NCBI GenBank assembly: GCA_016783545.1
Contig: JADHWJ010000006.1
Coordinates: 888-64,887 of the forward strand
Direction of reading: 5' to 3'
DNA length: 64,000 nucleotides
Origin: Candidatus Aenigmatarchaeota archaeon
Lineage (GTDB): Archaea; Aenigmatarchaeota; Aenigmatarchaeia; QMZP01
In this document: positions 61,429 through 64,000 of the stretch, piece by piece
Position numbering within the stretch: the stretch's first letter is position 1
How the letters are laid out: every line of letters begins with the position of its first letter
The notes under the pieces: generated by a model
Databases searched by the model: none
What the model saw: only the letters and a program-made list of their open reading frames with translations
Told to the model about the DNA's origin: nothing
Translations under genes and position numbers: made by a program

Positions 61429-62487
61429 ATGAAACGAGTCAGTTTATTTGTTCCAGGAAGAGTATGCCTATTCGGAGAGCACAGCGACTGGGCTGGTGGC
61501 TATCGAAGAGAAGATGATTCAATAGAGCCTGGATATTGTATTGCTGTTGGTACAAACCAGGGAATAAATGCTATCGCACATGATCACCACCCAAGTTTCA
61601 TTATGAGGTCCACGCTTCCAGATGGAACATATTTAGATTCTGAAATCGAGATGAATGAGGATGCTCTAAGAAGGGCTGCAAAAGCTGGTGGGTTTTTTAG
61701 TTATGCTGCGGGCACAGCGTATTACATGATAACCGAACATAAAGTTAGCGGTGGATTAATAATAGATAATGTTACAAACATCCCTGTCAGAAAAGGTGTT
61801 TCCAGTTCTGCTGCCATATGCGTTCTTACTACACGAGCTTTCAATAAGGTTTATGAGTTAGGCCTTAGTGTTAGAGATGAGATGGAAATGGCATACTTAG
61901 GGGAAATACTAACACCGTCCGAGTGTGGAAGAATGGACCAGGCATGTGCATACGGAAGCGGAGTGCCTACATTTCTGACGTTTGACGGTGATAATATGGA
62001 TGTTGTAACTCTTTCACCTGACGGAGAGACTAATCTTGTTATTGTTGATCTGAAAAAAGAAAAGAACACTCCAAAGATTCTGAGGGATTTGAATACATGC
62101 TACCCAACTGGCTGGGGGCAGATAGGAGAAAATGTTAGATGGGCACTGGGACAGGGTAATGAATATATTTTACGCGAAGCAAGAGTAGCTATTGAAGGGG
62201 GCAACGCCGAAAAGGTTGGAAGCTTAATGACAGAAGCCCAGGAACAATTTGACAAATATGTAATCCCTGCATGCTCAAGCGAATTGTCTGCTCCAGAGCT
62301 GCACAGAGTATTGAAATATGAACCAATCCAAGAATTGGTATGGGGCGGTAAGGGTGTTGGCTCTCAGGGAGATGGAACAGCCCAATTTGTCGCAAAGGGA
62401 AAACCTGAACAAGAAGAAGTGATAAAAAAACTGGAAGAACTAGGAAAAGAATGCTTTGTTCTTGATATCAAACCGCAATCAGATTAA
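61429..62487 (+). CDS. GHMP-family kinase (sugar/heptose/fucose-kinase-like)
   Basis: Contains PGRVCLFGEHSDWAGG and NIPVRKGVSSSAAICV (GHMP motif II). Confidence 0.7.
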   Translation: MKRVSLFVPGRVCLFGEHSDWAGGYRREDDSIEPGYCIAVGTNQGINAIAHDHHPSFIMRSTLPDGTYLDSEIEMNEDALRRAAKAGGFFSYAAGTAYYMITEHKVSGGLIIDNVTNIPVRKGVSSSAAICVLTTRAFNKVYELGLSVRDEMEMAYLGEILTPSECGRMDQACAYGSGVPTFLTFDGDNMDVVTLSPDGETNLVIVDLKKEKNTPKILRDLNTCYPTGWGQIGENVRWALGQGNEYILREARVAIEGGNAEKVGSLMTEAQEQFDKYVIPACSSELSAPELHRVLKYEPIQELVWGGKGVGSQGDGTAQFVAKGKPEQEEVIKKLEELGKECFVLDIKPQSD

Positions 62488-62496
62488 GGTGAAAAT

Positions 62497-62778
62497 ATGA
62501 CAAACGAATATCATAGTAGCATAGGAGACGATGAAATAGCACAAAAAGTTGTTAATGTTGTTCATGAACTTGTTGTTCAGGGTTACAGAGACATGCCAAA
62601 AAATAGAATAGAACTTGGCCATAGGCTTGTTGAAGACCTGGGAGCAGATGCAGAAGGCGTTGATGCGGCAGTAGTGGAACTGGAACTCGGAATTTGTTAT
62701 GATATGGAATTTCCAGAAAAATTTGAAAGTCTTAAAACAGTTAGTGATTATGTTGATTACGTAAAAGCAAGTACCTAA
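62497..62778 (+). CDS. acyl-carrier-protein-like protein lacking the phosphopantetheine Ser
   Basis: LVEDLGADAEGVDAAVVELE...FPEKFESLKTVSDYVDYV aligns with the ACP sequence FVEDLGADSLDTVELV...IPDEEAEKITTVQAAIDYI. The position of the DSL Ser is Ala. Confidence 0.55.
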   Translation: MTNEYHSSIGDDEIAQKVVNVVHELVVQGYRDMPKNRIELGHRLVEDLGADAEGVDAAVVELELGICYDMEFPEKFESLKTVSDYVDYVKAST

Positions 62779-62811
62779 ACCTTTATTTAAAACAACAGCA
62801 TAATTAATATT

Positions 62812-63597
62812 ATGGTTAAAAAAATCGCCAATGCTAAGAAAATCATTTCTTGTGATGAAAATCAAAATATCAGAGAACTGTTTAAAATATTCCTAAATAA
62901 TTATAGAAGGGTCCCTGTTACTGGAGATGGTGAGATTAAAGGAATGGTCTGTCTAACAGATCTTTTGGATTATCTTGGTGCAGGGGAAAGGCATCAATTT
63001 TTCTTAGATTCAAAAAGTCCATTAGATGTTTCTATTAAGAAAATAATGATAGGGAATCCCTATATAATAAAAGCGGGTATGAAGCCTAAAGGTATCATAA
63101 AGATTTTCAAGAAGACTGGAAGAGGTGCTTATCCTGTTGTTTCAGGAAAGAAGCTCACTGGAATGATAACTGAATGGGATATTTTAAATATAGTAAAGAA
63201 TGAGGTATCAAATCTTAATGTGGGAGATATAATGTCAACAAAACCTTTCACAGTAAAAAAGAATGATACTATTTTTGATGCTTCAAAGATGATGGTTAAA
63301 GGCGGTTTTAGAAGACTGCCTATTGTAGAAAATGGATTTCTGCTTGGAATAATAACACCCTCTGATATACTCTATCATCTATATAGCAAAAACAAGGTAT
63401 TTTCCTTGAGAAAGGATAAGATACTGATAAAGCAGATAATGAGAAAGAATGTTCTTAGTGCAAGGCCAGACACTGGAATAGGTAAAATTATGAATTTTAT
63501 GATTAGAAGGAAAATAGGTGGCCTGCCTGTTACAGAGGATAGGGAATTGTTGGGTATAATAACCGAAAGGGATATAGTAAATCTAGTAAACATCTAA
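62812..63597 (+). CDS. CBS-domain protein (four CBS repeats)
   Basis: Repeated h-x-x-x-P-V-h-D/E-x-G-x-L-x-G-I-I-T-x-x-D-I patterns (RRVPVTGDGEIKGMVCLTDL, YPVVSGKKLTGMITEWDI, RRLPIVENGFLLGIITPSDI, GGLPVTEDRELLGIITERDI). Confidence 0.8.
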   Translation: MVKKIANAKKIISCDENQNIRELFKIFLNNYRRVPVTGDGEIKGMVCLTDLLDYLGAGERHQFFLDSKSPLDVSIKKIMIGNPYIIKAGMKPKGIIKIFKKTGRGAYPVVSGKKLTGMITEWDILNIVKNEVSNLNVGDIMSTKPFTVKKNDTIFDASKMMVKGGFRRLPIVENGFLLGIITPSDILYHLYSKNKVFSLRKDKILIKQIMRKNVLSARPDTGIGKIMNFMIRRKIGGLPVTEDRELLGIITERDIVNLVNI

Positions 63598-63854
63598 TCT
63601 ATTTTTAAATATGCTATCGTAATGTTGATTTTAGAAGAAAAGCTCCTAAATAAGCTTTATAAATTGAAAAAACAAAAAAAGATTGTCATGATGATAGATT
63701 TTAGTAAATGAGTTTCAAGGTAAGAATCTTCTTCAATGATTATATTAAAGGCGCAAATTTGCGTTTAAGGAAAAAATGCTATGATAATGGGAAAAACACT
63801 GATAGAAAACCAGGGAAACATTACACATAGCTATAAATTAAGAGGTGATTTTTA

Positions 63855-64000
63855 TGTCAAAATTAGCTCCATCTTCAATAAAATACAGCATAAAAGCGAA
63901 AATAGAGGCGAACGGAGTTATAGAAAGGCCCGATGTGATCGGGGCCATATTTGGTCAGACAGAAGGTTTACTGGGGGCTGACTTAGATCTAAGAGAATTA
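63855..64000 (+). CDS. dnaG: archaeal DnaG (Toprim primase-like) N-terminus; continues beyond the window
   Basis: An AGAGGTGA SD precedes the ATG at 63855. [49 protein letters not shown] matches the conserved archaeal DnaG N-terminus. This frame differs from the tracked ORF 63781..63981. Confidence 0.75.

Noticed and set aside
63781-63981. 66-aa tracked ORF at the right edge.
   Set aside because: A different frame starting at 63855 has a strong SD and reproduces the conserved archaeal DnaG N-terminus. The tracked ORF is the off-frame shadow.

Overview
AT-rich, tightly packed archaeal chromosome segment. The gene content is archaeal: topoisomerase VI A/B, RFC large subunit, RNase P protein Rpp30, class I CCA-adding enzyme, archaeal DnaG, PurO, and a multi-intron tRNA. 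The composition and the many secreted proteins suggest a small-genome DPANN-like lineage, but that is inference only. Housekeeping genes: partial ksgA, top6B/top6A, guaB-family, topA, gdhA, cyclophilin, gatB, purH/purO, nadK, rfcL, cca, and the dnaG start. Features that stand out: (1) three LAGLIDADG inteins, two in top6B and one in topA. (2) A ~1.5 kb G+C-rich, ORF-free island (28.07-29.61 kb) in which tRNA genes alternate with three helix-closed spacers of unknown identity, plus a tRNA-like minihelix. (3) A tRNA-Arg with two introns and a curious leader. (4) A single-gene G+C-rich island (23.1-23.9 kb). (5) A module of a wHTH gene and two tyrosine recombinases, bracketed and subdivided by imperfect inverted repeats (38.3-40.75 kb), next to a PilZ-domain gene. 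(6) A 13.5 kb same-strand cluster of secreted or membrane-anchored proteins, including a 2179-aa sequon-rich giant and a dockerin-bearing fragment (46.4-59.9 kb). (7) Apparent pseudoenzymes: a PEP-synthase homologue without the phosphohistidine and an ACP-like protein without the Ser. (8) Unannotated micro-ORFs in a redox cluster: two Cys-rich peptides and a desulforedoxin. No rRNA, CRISPR array or classical IS element was seen. All calls come from reading the sequence and the ORF translations by eye; no searches were run.
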